Of a stretch of 64,000 nucleotides of DNA, positions 51,426-64,000 are shown one piece after another. The notes below the pieces were generated by a model. It saw nothing but the letters and a program-made list of their open reading frames with translations. It ran no database searches and was not told the origin of the DNA. The stretch is from Chlorokybus atmophyticus (lineage: Eukaryota > Plantae > Mesostigma and Chlorokybus algae): assembly GCA_009103225.1 (NCBI GenBank), contig RHPI01002204.1, positions 1 to 64,000 on the forward strand. Reading direction: 5' to 3'. Position 1 is the stretch's first letter, and every line of letters starts with the position of its first letter. The position numbers were made by a program, and so were the translations under genes.

Positions 51426-52626
51426 ATGACGGTGCGGAGCAGCAGCGATAGCGGTTACCTGACCCGCCTGCTGCGAGCGCTCGGAATCAGGGCGTCTGGT
51501 CGGCGGGCTTCATCATCAGGCCGGGACTCTCCCAGCGCAAGCATCAGCGGCAGCGCCACCCCCAGCTTCGCCTCCGCAGGCCCTGCAGGCGAGTCCAACG
51601 ACGCTATGGACAGCGCTGTCGCAGCAATGGACGCCGCAGCTGAGGCCGAGGCTCTCGCTGCAATTGAGGCCGCTGGCGGCGAGGTCGGCCCTGCCCTCAA
51701 GCGCCATGTCTCGCTGCATTCCCGTGTGCTGACGTACGTCATCTTCCGCAACAACACCGCTGGTCCCGTCAAGCTGCTCTGGCTGAATTACCAGGGAGAG
51801 GAGGTACGTGGGGAGGCTTACTGCATTGTCTACGTACCCAATGACAGCTTCAGTTGCAGCATACAGCAATGCGTTGGTCACATTGTCGTTTGTGCGAGAG
51901 GCTGTCGCAGTGTGCTGGATGGTCAATGCTGAACATTGACATTGCTCCATCTGCAGATCGCCTACAGGACAGTTGCGCCTGGCGTTGCGCATCGCCAGCA
52001 GACGTACATGACTCACCCCTGGGTATTCCGCGATGCTGCAGCCCGCCATTTGGTAGTCGAGAAAAAGGAGGTAAGAATGCCACAGTGTAGGTATCTAGCA
52101 CTGCGATTGACTGCGCTAGCTTTAGCACTGTAGAGTTGGGTTTGCGCACTGAACATAATTGCAATGTGGGATTGCTGCGCAACTTCGGCAGTTTACTCAT
52201 TACTGCTTGGGGTTCAGGTGTTTTATGCCGAATATGCTGAGCAGCAAGTTGTCATTGAAGAGCCGGCAATCCTTCCCTGGTCTCCCGCCACACATGCTCG
52301 CTTCCCAGAGGAGTTTCAACAAACCACACAGGAGCTCCTGCTGACGCACCATCGTGCTTCATGCCAGGTCAGCATTGCTGCCATACTGTCGCCAGTGGTA
52401 CACTTGGCCTTGACTGCAGCCCCCCTGTCCTGCGCAATGCAACTGACACATGGTTGGCCTACAGGAAGTTGAGTGGGTTGGCCGCAATTGCGGTGGCAGT
52501 GCAGAACTGGCACAGCTGCTCGGATCCCTGCCGTTGGACCTGGTCCTGCTGATTGTAGAAAAGTCAGCACCAGTTGTGATCGACATCATTCCTGTCGAGA
52601 CTGTTCCCCCGCCAGTTATAGTGTGA
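51426..52626 (+). CDS. von Hippel-Lindau beta-domain protein
   Basis: SLHSRVLTYVIFRNNTAGPVKLLWLNYQGEE|IAYRTVAPG...QQTYMTHPWVFRDA matches the VHL beta-domain pattern; C-terminal LGSLPLDLVLLIV; GT-AG introns keep frame. Confidence 0.82.
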
Positions 52627-55513
52627 CTGAATGGTTCGAGGCCGCCAACCTGACACTCCATTTGCTGCACATCCTATTGTATGTGCCAACCGACCATGGC
52701 TCGACTCCCATTAATCTGATTCTTGTAGCGCATGTAGTTCTTAGGTCACGTCTGTATTTCTACGTATATACGAGTGGTGCAGGCCAGACTCTGGGGGTTC
52801 AGCAGCTGTATCCAGCCTGGAAGACCGCACCGCCAACTGACTACCATCTGCACCACCACCTCCCGGTGGTGCAGGCCATTGCGCGCGCATCGACTGCTGA
52901 AGCTGAACCGGCAGCCCCCAAACTGCCAGCTGGCCGCTCCACCTTTGACAGCTTGTAAGATTACTACAGCAGCAGCTGCCATGTTGGTGCACGCACAGGA
53001 CAACGCTAGGCTACCCCATTCTTGTGAGATGGATTTTGTCGTTGTAAAGTACACATTGATTTGTGCTTGTGCTGGACCCAGCTGGTACGCTCTGCCTGGT
53101 GCAATCACTTGTCAATGCAAGCTCACTCAATGCAGTCTGCTGCACAAGTCATGCGCAGTGTTGTGCAGGGCATACAGTGCACCGTTAGCATGGTAAGGAT
53201 TACCAAGTATGGCACATGCGCACGATGAGTCTTCGATTAAGACCCATGCGCAATCGACATGTGCTGCCATAGTGTGTTCACAATGTGTGACTCAAATGTG
53301 TGCACACCACGCAGTATACAGGAATAGCAATGCGTGCTGCTCACATAGTGCCCAATATCATAATCTTCACATGGCTAGTCCGATCTGTAATTGACAGCAC
53401 TCTTAGCCAAGAAGTGCTTGTCACCAAAGTAACCGTTGCTGGCATGCAAGGTCATCAACATCGTCCTTGCTGCCGCTGCTGAAACCTTACAGCTGCGTGC
53501 TCCCCGCATTCTCTTTGCCTTGCTACGGCCTGCCATTGCCCTGCACTGCTTTGTGGCGTGACTTGAGTGGTCTCATTCGTCATTAAGTCCTAGCGTCATG
53601 TCTCGTGTCGGCTAAGTTCTGTCTTGGTCCCCACTCAATCTATGCTCGTTGCATGCTAGTTTCCGGACTGCTACTTGCACACACATGACTTGAGAGTTTG
53701 CTTTGCGCGACTCTTATGTGAATCATAGTGAACTTAAATGTCTTGTGTTATTCAAAGCAAAAGCATGTGTCGAATCCAAGTTCATGATATGCTTATAGTA
53801 AACCGACACACTGGTTTGCTGATTGCATACCGCAAACAATACATGTGGGCCTGTGCACCACCACTCACTTGGCGGCGGCGGCGGCGGCGATAAAGACGCA
53901 CGGCATGCTCGAGGAGGACTTTCAACACATGCTGCGCCTATGCACGCGTCACATCATGATGGTGCGAGCCCTACCAGGGCGGAGCAGCGACGCTTCGAGG
54001 GGTTGTGCGTCTGGCCCGCCAGCGAGTCGCATGTGCGTTGCAGCGCGCGGAGCATTGCGCTTATAAAGCGAGGAGCCACGGCTGTGGCGGCGATGCCAGG
54101 GTGGACGCTGGTGGCGTCAGGGAACCCGACAACAGAGGAAGACGCGGCACCAGCGCAGGTTAGGGTGGTGCCCGTTCGTGGGACTTATATGCAAAAGAGA
54201 GCAAAGCTCATGCAGTGCTACGCACAATGCACCATGCACAACGCATAACACACCGTGACGTGCACAAGAGTAGAAACAAGCAGCAATGTCAATGTCGATA
54301 GCCAACAGCAACAGCAACACGAATGGCATTATCAACGGCAACATGAATAGCCGGTGAGGGCTGGCCCAAACCCCACGCCGCATGCACAGCATGACTGACG
54401 ACCTCCAGTGTGATGCGCATGTGATAGGCATGGCAGCTACGCTGACTGCTCAATGCTTGCATGTCAATGTTACAGAGGGTTGTGCATGCGCACATCGAGC
54501 TATCGGTGTGTGCGCACTTCGAGCTATCGTTGTATTGCTATCAAGAACTCACTTGGTCCAAGTGTACTTGCCGTTGGTCTGTGTTTGTGGCAGTGACTCA
54601 CTGCCACGAATACAAACCGTAGTAGTGCATTGTATGATGCACTACTACGAGTTCCTATGCAATATGCACAATCAGCAGTTGTATTGCCATCCAAGACTTG
54701 CTTGGTCCAAGTGTGCTCACGTTTGACAGTATTCAGGGCATTGAAATACAATGCGTTATAGGATCCTTATGCAATATGCATGATGAGCTACAAATAAAAT
54801 CAAAGAAATTTCATCAGACAATGGAACAAAAGATACTAGCAACTAAGCTTGCATGCTATGTGAAAAAGTAATGCTTCACACATATTTAGTAATGCTTCAC
54901 ACATTTTAAGTAAATCTCGCGGGATCATGCATAGGCAAGAACGATTATATGAATGACAAACAACAAGCCTAACCATATATCAGACACTGCATAACAAGCA
55001 GTAATGCAAATTAAGCAGTAATGCATGAATTGAAGTGAGGTGGGGGTTGGTTGAGGTAGGCCTTTAGTAGCAAATAAGTGATGAGTAGTAGTAAGGAATA
55101 TTAGTGTGGTGGCCCCGCAGCAGCACGTGCGGCACTCCCAAGGCACCGCCTCACCTGCTAAACAGCGCCACACATAAGACATAGCCAGCAAGGGCAACGG
55201 CTTTTATTAGTCTATGGAGACTTGTAGTCATCCATTGGCGTATTCGTGTCCCTGCGTGTTACTTCGCACAACCCCGGGCTCCCATGGATAAACATATGAT
55301 ATGTCCCACACACACAAGCGTAGCATGTCCAGTTAAGCAGTGTAGCGGCTAATATAAGAGCATGCATGAGCAACTGCTGTCACACAAACCTTGGACAGAC
55401 AGACAGACGCCACCACCGGGCACCACCACCTACTTAAAGGTCTCGGCGGATTATGATGCAATCCTCGTCGTACGGCGTGAGCAGTGTCAAGACTACTTGT
55501 TTTGCAGTGCTAT

Positions 55514-58500
55514 CGCGAAGTTATAAGTTATCCCAAAGTTGGTCAGGCATGGACGAAACACTGGACCATTGCATAAGGTAGATTAAAGGGGCGGCGGCAG
55601 TAGCAGCGGTGCGAGGATGGAGTGCAGTGGCCCAAGGCCCTCCGACAAGTGAAGCGGACGCGGCAATAGTGTAACGTAGTGACGATAGAGGGGCCACAAA
55701 GCATTATAAACCAGCATAACAGCAAGACTTTAAACAACAACAACAATAACAACACAATTAAGCACAGCTGCTCAAGCTAAAAGGGGTGGGTCCTATGTGA
55801 AGGCATGGAACGGCATGCAAGCAAGGAAACAAGCAACCAGCAGGGCAGCGCCACTACCTCTCTTGCTCTCCTGGCTGTAGAGTGTTAACGATGCTTCCTC
55901 TGAGCCCATGACAAAATTTGCATGCTCTTTGGTGCATCTAGCAAATGCTGGCGAAGCTTGGTGCAGCTGTATATGTAAAAGCAATAGCATTTAGCACGTG
56001 ATTAACTACATAATGGACGCGTCTACGACTATGCCGTGATGTGAAACCTTGCATACTTGATGCTATGGGTTGGTGTTGCGTCATTATCTCGCATGAAAAC
56101 ACTTCATATTAATTTACATTAGAATGATATTCCAATGATATTTATTACTGTAACGTTATGTCATGTAGTGTACAATGTCATATACTACACAATAAGTGAC
56201 ATAGGCTATTTAACATAACCTATACCAAATGTTCCTCACATATACATATGTGGTATACCTCACAAAACAACTTATGGCATATAAAGTAAGTGTAGGCCGC
56301 GGCTCAGTAAGCGCGAAGTTATAAGTTATCCCAAAGTTGGTCAGGCATGGACGCAACACTGGACCATTGCATAAGGTAGATTAAAGGGGCGGCGGCAGTA
56401 GCAGCGGTGCGAGGATGGAGTGCGGTGGCCCAAGGCCCTCCGACAAGTGAAGCGGACGCGGCAATAGTGTAACGTAGTGACGATAGAGGGGCCACAAAGC
56501 ATTATAAACCAGCATAACAGCAAGACTTTAAACAACAACAACAATAACAACACAATTAAGCACAGCTGCTCAAGCTAAAAGGGGTGGGTCCTATGTGAAG
56601 GCATGGAACGGCATGCAAGCAAGGAAACAAGCAACCAGCAGGGCAGCGCCACTACCTCTCTTGCTCTCCTGGCTGTAGAGTGTTAACGATGCTTCCTCTG
56701 AGCCCATGACAAAATTTGCATGCTCTTTGGTGCATCTAGCAAATGCTGGCGAAGCTTGGTGCAGCTGTATATGTAAAAGCAATAGCATTTAGCACGTGAT
56801 TAACTACATAATGGACGCGTCTACGACTATGCCGTGATGTGAAACCTTGCATACTTGATGCTATGGGTTGGTGTTGCGTCATTATCTCGCATGAAAACAC
56901 TTCATATTAATTTACATTAGAATGATATTCCAATGATATTTATTACTGTAACGTTATGTCATGTAGTGTACAATGTCATATACTACACAATAAGTGACAT
57001 AGGCTATTTAACATAACCTATACCAAATGTTCCTCACATATACATATGTGGTATACCTCACAAAACAACTTATGGCATATAAAGTAAGTGTAGGCCGCGG
57101 CTCAGTAAGCGCGAAGTTATAAGTTATCCCAAAGTTGGTCAGGCATGGACGCAACACTGGACCATTGCATAAGGTAGATTAAAGGGGCGGCGGCAGTAGC
57201 AGCGGTGCGAGGATGGAGTGCGGTGGCCCAAGGCCCTCCGACAAGTGAAGCGGACGCGGCAATAGTGTAACGTAGTGACGATAGAGGGGCCACAAAGCAT
57301 TATAAACCAGCATAACAGCAAGACTTTAAACAACAACAACAATAACAACACAATTAAGCACAGCTGCTCAAGCTAAAAGGGGTGGGTCCTATGTGAAGGC
57401 ATGGAACGGCATGCAAGCAAGGAAACAAGCAACCAGCAGGGCAGCGCCACTACCTCTCTTGCTCTCCTGGCTGTAGAGTGTTAACGATGCTTCCTCTGAG
57501 CCCATGACAAAATTTGCATGCTCTTTGGTGCATCTAGCAAATGCTGGCGAAGCTTGGTGCAGCTGTATATGTAAAAGCAATAGCATTTAGCACGTGATTA
57601 ACTACATAATGGACGCGTCTACGACTATGCCGTGATGTGAAACCTTGCATACTTGATGCTATGGGTTGGTGTTGCGTCATTATCTCGCATGAAAACACTT
57701 CATATTAATTTACATTAGAATGATATTCCAATGATATTTATTACTGTAACGTTATGTCATGTAGTGTACAATGTCATATACTACACAATAAGTGACATAG
57801 GCTATTTAACATAACCTATACCAAATGTTCCTCACATATACATATGTGGTATACCTCACAAAACAACTTATGGCATATAAAGTAAGTGTAGGCCGCGGCT
57901 CAGTAAGCGCGAAGTTATAAGTTATCCCAAAGTTGGTCAGGCATGGACGCAACACTGGACCATTGCATAAGGTAGATTAAAGGGGCGGCGGCAGTAGCAG
58001 CGGTGCGAGGATGGAGTGCGGTGGCCCAAGGCCCTCCGACAAGTGAAGCGGACGCGGCAATAGTGTAACGTAGTGACGATAGAGGGGCCACAAAGCATTA
58101 TAAACCAGCATAACAGCAAGACTTTAAACAACAACAACAATAACAACACAATTAAGCACAGCTGCTCAAGCTAAAAGGGGTGGGTCCTATGTGAAGGCAT
58201 GGAACGGCATGCAAGCAAGGAAACAAGCAACCAGCAGGGCAGCGCCACTACCTCTCTTGCTCTCCTGGCTGTAGAGTGTTAACGATGCTTCCTCTGAGCC
58301 CATGACAAAATTTGCATGCTCTTTGGTGCATCTAGCAAATGCTGGCGAAGCTTGGTGCAGCTGTATATGTAAAAGCAATAGCATTTAGCACGTGATTAAC
58401 TACATAATGGACGCGTCTACGACTATGCCGTGATGTGAAACCTTGCATACTTGATGCTATGGGTTGGTGTTGCGTCATTATCTCGCATGAAAACACTTCA

Positions 58501-58705
58501 TATTAATTTACATTAGAATGATATTCTAATGATATTTATTACTGTAACGTTATGTCATGTAGTGTACAATGTCATATACTACACAATAAGTGACATAGGC
58601 TATTTAACATAACCTATACCAAATGTTCCTCACATATACATATGTGGTATACCTCACAAAACAACTTATGGCATATAAAGTAAGTGTAGGCCGCGGCTCA
58701 GTAAG
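55514..58705. repeat. Tandem array of four near-identical 798 bp units
   Basis: Identical short ORFs recur every 798 bp (55543/56341/57139/57937); only about three substitutions seen across copies. Confidence 0.97.
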
Positions 58706-59490
58706 CGGCGGCCTCAACGCGATGTATTGTGCAGGCACTATATTGGTCGAACATGGTGGGAACCGGGGGGTTTCCCGAATGGCAACGGACCGACCCCCTT
58801 GGTGCAACCTGGCGAAAAGCGACGGCAAAACATGCATTGGGAAAACTTCGAGTAGGCACCGTTAACACTATGGCTGTACATACAATGTGGCGTGCAATGG
58901 TGCATGCATTGAACACGCAAGAAGTGTGCTTAGCACACAATATGCAAGTAACTACTATCATTAGTATGTTCACCACCGGGCTCAGCTATTTAAAGTACCA
59001 CTAACACCACCACCCCATTAGACATGCAAAGCATGCAATGCATGCAATCCTCCTTACCTGCCCATATGGCTGTATGTGCTGTGGTTATGGTATGAGTGGC
59101 ATTGTCCCACTCAGAACTACCTATTCCACAACTACATGTGTGACCAACTCCGACTTGATGAGAGCGTCCCCCCAACAGGAAATTCCCCCGTCGTAAGTTT
59201 ACCTGCTTCTAACGGCATCTTACTCGATAGTATCCGACAACCCAACAGCATGCGAGTGCCGCCTACAACCGATTGCAAGGCAACCAGCAACCAGTATCAA
59301 CGCTCTTCTACACCGACATTCAGCAATTTGCAGTAGGCTGCAGGTGGCAAAGGCAAGGATGGAGGATGACAGTGCAAGCGGTTTTCGTAACGAACATATG
59401 AACAACTGCTCGTAAGAACCGTGATAATGTTACGCATGCTGGTCAAGCTGCCCCACCAACCATGGTTATCAACTGTACCATATAAGCAGT

Positions 59491-61704
59491 TCAAGCGGCG
59501 TCTCGCGGGGCAGGCGGCGACGCATAAACCAGAGCGCAGAATGAGTCCATTGATGGCAGTGATGCAATGGCTTTGAGGTACTCGTTGCCAGGAGAGGGTG
59601 CAAGCATCATAGGCCCAACTCCAGCAACGAGCGGGACTACTTTGGCGAGTGGCAGCGGCTTGGTGACAACGGTGTCACTGGGAGGAAGAACATCCTTACC
59701 CAGCTCGCTGGAACCCCATGACTGCCTTAGCGTCCTCAGCATGAGCTCGAAGGCTGCGTCAAGTGCTTCGGACAACACCGCATGGCACTCATCACTGCAC
59801 AAATATGACATACACATGGATGGTCAGTTTGACACACAATGGCTTATGCACACAAGCATGCACTCGTACCCCCTTACCTTCGCAGTATGACCCTTGTCTC
59901 TTTCAGCACGTTCGCCAACACTCGCGCATCTTCAGCATCATCTTGCAGAGCTGTTGATCCCTCCTCTGCTTCCATTGGTTCCTTGCCGGTGGGCGCAGTC
60001 GCAGGTAGCGGTTCATCCGCGAGGGGAATGAGGTACTGCGCCCAGCCTATGCGATGCGCTTTCCCTTCGAAACTCGCGCGTATGTGTGTCAAAGCATCTC
60101 GTAAGTCCTCGTGCGTCATCGATGTCTTCAAGGATAAACTGCACATGCATGGCACAGCAACACTGCTGTCATGACACCTGGAAGAGTAAGACACTCACCA
60201 GAACAAGCATGTCACTTACCTGCCCACAACATCCTGCACAGCATCTTGGATATGCGCAACTAAGAGCCCGAGTCCGGACTTTGGTAGATAATCAGCATAT
60301 GCTAAAAATGTATGCTGGCAAGCAAGCGACATTGCTCTATGTCCATCCTGTTGAAGGAAGCGCATGCATTAGTGACTTGTTTCAATGGCCCTGTTGATGG
60401 GCACGGTAAGGTTGGCCGACGGGTCCACATGTCACGTCTGATGCACAATGGCTGCTGGCGTGTTGACACAACAGTGATACTGGCAGGACATCGCAAAAGT
60501 TCAAGTTCAAGTTCAATCGCTGCAGCTTAAGCTGCTGCTGGACATGACAATGGCTGCGCTCTCACCAATCCTTTGCTGTCAAGAGCCGCATCCATGTAGA
60601 CGTATCGCCCCAGAATGTTCAACTGTACCCTTATGAAGAGTTCGAGCAAAGATGCGGCGGTCATACCCGTCAGCGTCCTTGTGAAACCTGTGAAAAGCCA
60701 GTCTCACGACCAACAGTCTGACACGCACAGCACACACGCTCACATGCACGCACACGCACAAGGCAGAGTGCGTAACCAGGTACATGCAGCCACATACTCA
60801 AAATCTTGAGCTGTTCCCAAGCCTTTAGCTTCTCCGCAGCGGGAAGTGCTTCCGAGCTGTCGCGAGGCGCCTGAAGCTTTGCAATCAACGCATGTAAGTC
60901 CACGCACGCGAGTAGCTCCTCCTTTAGCTTTGGTAGCACTGATGGCACCGTCTGCGTATCCGCTATCCTTTGAATGCTCTCAAAGTGCCCCTGCATGCTG
61001 GCGATAGCACAACAACCATCACGTATGACGTCCACATGACACTCTGCTGTGAGCATTGAGCTGCAAATCTGCGTTATACACTCACTGCTGGGACAACTAC
61101 TTTGACGTACCGTGCGTGCGCGGCCTCCTCGGCAACATTCTGTGCAGCGACCCAAGCATCACGTTCGCGTTGCGCTGAAGCAAGGTAGTACCGGCGTGCC
61201 ACGTAATATGTTGCTGCCACTGCTGCTGTGGTCAGCACTACTGCTCGCTTATGGCGCCGCGTCCAACCGCTGTGCATACGCGTAACATACATACAATGAG
61301 TTGACATCAACATGATTAGGACACACTAGCATGCACTCTCCTGCGTTTGGACTTGTGCACGACAAGAAAATATTGTCAGGTGCCAGCTGTGAAAATGGCA
61401 TCCCAGACAACAACGAGAGGTATCATGCACTCGCGTGGAGCAACATACACTTTTGCTGCAGAATGCATATGCAACTACACATGACCAAAGCCTACCATGC
61501 ATGCTAAGCGCTAAACTAGCATGACAACAAAGCAAGTAGGACGCAGTCCAGCACGTTCAGCGTGAGAGTCCTGCAACCGAGAGCAATTTTTGTTGTGTAA
61601 TGCTGACTACCACGGCTCTACGCCTTTGTTAACACTTCGCAAGCAGCCAGCGGGCAACCAACTTACGTGAAGTGGTAGAATTGGGATTGAATCGACGCGA
61701 GCAT
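59491..61704 (-). CDS. PEX3: Peroxin-3
   Basis: WTRRHKRAVVLTTAAVAATYYV, HFESIQRIADTQTVP and EKLKAWEQLKILS, plus C-terminal PLPLAKVVPLV, match plant PEX3. Confidence 0.9.
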
Positions 61705-63692
61705 GTCGAAACCCCTAAACCCTAGCCACGCGCTCTTTTACTCCAATGCCGCAGCGCAGCATGCGAAGTAGCTCAGCTGCGCAACTAACCTCTCGCCAAG
61801 CTCCTTCCAACTGCTGCTCAGCTCCAATTTATGCTGCTGCGCCCATCTCTTAACCTGTACAGCTACTTGGATGCAACAAGCATGGCCATAGCACTGCGCT
61901 TCAACTCTAGTCAGGCCACACCAGGCCAGGCCAGGCCAGGCGAGAGGCAAATGGAGGGATAAGCTGGCCGCCCAGACTGCGTCTGTCCTGCCCACGCTTG
62001 TGAAGGGAAGGAAACCCTCTCCAGCTTCTCCCCCTTGAGCTGTCCACCTGCACCGTCCAGCCTGTAGCGCGCAACAACAATGGCGGCGGCGGCAGCAGCG
62101 GTGGTGACGACGGCGGTGGTGACGACTTCACGGATGTCGCTGTGCTTATCGCCGTTTTGCCGCCGGATTTTTACAACCGTCGACCACCGACCACCGAACT
62201 TTGACACAGGAGCAACGTCGACGGACGTGACGACCAGATGAGGGACACTTTTCAGGTCCGGTCGTAGATTACTATTGATAATGCTGTCACAGCGAAGGCA
62301 ACAGTTGTTGCTGCTGAAAGGTCATATAGCCTGTAGGCTACATGTGACCAATGTGTTTCAACAATATCATGATGTTCGAGTTCGAGCTCAGCACAGATGA
62401 CAACACAGCACACCAGCATTATTGGACGCCGTAGCCTCAGGGAGGCTCCGCANNNNNNCCCCCCCTCTCTCTCTCTCTCTCTCAGTGTCCCATTGTCAAC
62501 TTCCAACAACACACACTTGGTTAAGATATGTTGAAAGATATAAACTTGATTGTAGAGATATTAGCAACAGCTGCTGATGACGCATTTGAATCTGAGACCA
62601 CGTAATGCTCATAAGAAACACGATAGGAAGAATTCAAAAATGCGACCGCTTCGCTCGTCTCAAATTGCCATTCGTGCAAAATACATGCAATGTTGTCACT
62701 GTGACTCACACGACATACATATCATATGCATCTACCAACCACACCACACGTCAACCAAGCAACCATTGATAACCACCGCGTTATATATACACGTTAGCTG
62801 CCTACACTACAGCCCTTACCTTGTTAGCTAAGCATGCATGCATGGTCCATGGTTACCTGCCACACCGCCATTAGTTTGTGTGTATTATGGTGATTTACTG
62901 AGCATATACATTCCGTGTATGTACGCGCATCGTAAAACTTTTACGATGCGGGTACATTTACAACTTATCGTATTCACTTGAACAGAAGCCCCCCCTCCGC
63001 CCCCCTCCCCCCCTGTATACAAGCCCGTATACAAGCCGCCTGGGCAAAAAGGGGTGGTGGGCCTATGTAAAAGACGCCTTTTTACGGGCAAAAATAGGCT
63101 CAATTAAAGCCCCCCCTCCCCCCCCCCCCCCNTACCGAGAAACAAGGGTGCGGGGCTTATGTTCAAAGTGGGGGCTTGTGTTGGAGTACAGTAACGTATG
63201 TATAGTGTACATAAGTTGTTAGCACATGCGTGACTTGAAGCATACATTGTGCTAATGGCGAAAATTACTGTTGATAAAATGGCTTTGGAGGGACAATCCT
63301 GCAATTTTAATGTTTGGAAGAAGCGTGTATTGACCATGCATCATCTGCGGCTCATCATGCAGGAGCGGCCGACCATGTTATGCATGACACGAAGGAATGA
63401 CAAACCATGCATTATAAGAAGGAACATTGTCCTGCTATCAAGGTAGTATACGCTCAGAACCACTTCAAGAACGACCCACTGCCAACATTTTATCTCAGAT
63501 AGTGCCCTCGACAGAAAATGCTCTCCATAAACCAAATGCCTTGTTCAACAAACCAGCAATGCCGGGCAACCTATCTGCATTACACAGCCAAAGCCGGTTG
63601 CGCGGATGTTTCCTGTTTACATTTTGAGTGCTGCGAGGAAGGCAACACGTGCTGGCATCAACAATCTATCTCAAGTTCGTTGGCAATGTACA

Positions 63693-64000
63693 CTATGCAT
63701 TACAAGTTTGCGCAGCTGTTTGAACTTCGGACACAAGGCTATCAACAGCGGGCAAGGGTGTGGTGAGGTCAGAGATGGGTCTGAAGGCGGGCAGGTCCTT
63801 GGGCATGCGAGGTGGGTGTTGAAAGTCAGGCCCAAAGTTGAATCGCACGGCGGCGGGCTTCTCCTGGTCCGGCATCGTGTACATAGATGCGGCGGGGAAG
63901 TACTCGCCCTCCTCGATGTCCGCGTACGCCACGCTTTGGTAAACCCCATTCTTGAAGAATGCCACTATGCTGCTCTTTAACTTGTCAGGCGGTGACGTTT
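63693..64000 (-). CDS. ASH2L: 3' exon of ASH2L/TRAUCO (SPRY domain, COMPASS subunit); truncated by window end
   Basis: [12 protein letters not shown]...[11 protein letters not shown]...VRFNFGPDF matches the plant TRO/ASH2 SPRY C-terminus. Confidence 0.85.
   Translation of the reverse strand, partial: TSPPDKLKSSIVAFFKNGVYQSVAYADIEEGEYFPAASMYTMPDQEKPAAVRFNFGPDFQHPPRMPKDLPAFRPISDLTTPLPAVDSLVSEVQTAAQTCNA

Noticed and set aside
53823-54248. Possible small gene (AAAIKTHGMLEEDFQHMLRLC...)
   Set aside because: No start/splice model or homology I can support.
55514-58705. 5S rRNA or snRNA array, or CRISPR array
   Set aside because: No 5S, U1, U2 or U6 signature on either strand that I could recognise, and no short repeat-spacer structure.
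61907-62512. Possible small membrane-protein ORFs upstream of PEX3
   Set aside because: Driven by GC trinucleotide repeats and interrupted by an N run; unsupported.
63249-63446. Copia gag N-terminal relic (NFNVWKKRV)
   Set aside because: Only a few residues match; no LTR, PBS or downstream pol.

Overview
Eukaryotic nuclear DNA from a plastid-bearing green-lineage organism: intron-rich, with plant-like genes, probably a green or early streptophyte alga (inferred, not proven). Host genes: TRAPPC13, a membrane thioredoxin/PDI-like protein, plastid ribosomal protein L34, a CAAX-protease-like (CPBP) gene with a deleted tandem paralog, an HRQ1 helicase, a VHL-domain protein, PEX3 and the 3' end of ASH2L/TRAUCO. 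The most striking region is 1-10.7 kb, which looks like the right-hand part of a large Plavaka-type (CMC-related) DNA transposon. Facing its decayed transposase are two cargo genes. One is an apparently intact spliced OTU deubiquitinase-RING fusion. The other is a disrupted Cys-rich-Tudor-phage-type C5 cytosine methyltransferase. GTACCAT palindromes lie upstream of both the methyltransferase and the transposase. A decayed Crypton (tyrosine recombinase + GCR1_C) and an adjacent disrupted CHAT caspase-like gene occupy 25-32 kb. There is also a 4 x 798 bp near-perfect tandem array, a foldback-like region and a 308 bp perfect palindrome next to an N. All gene models and family assignments come from manual reading and motif recall; no database searches were run.
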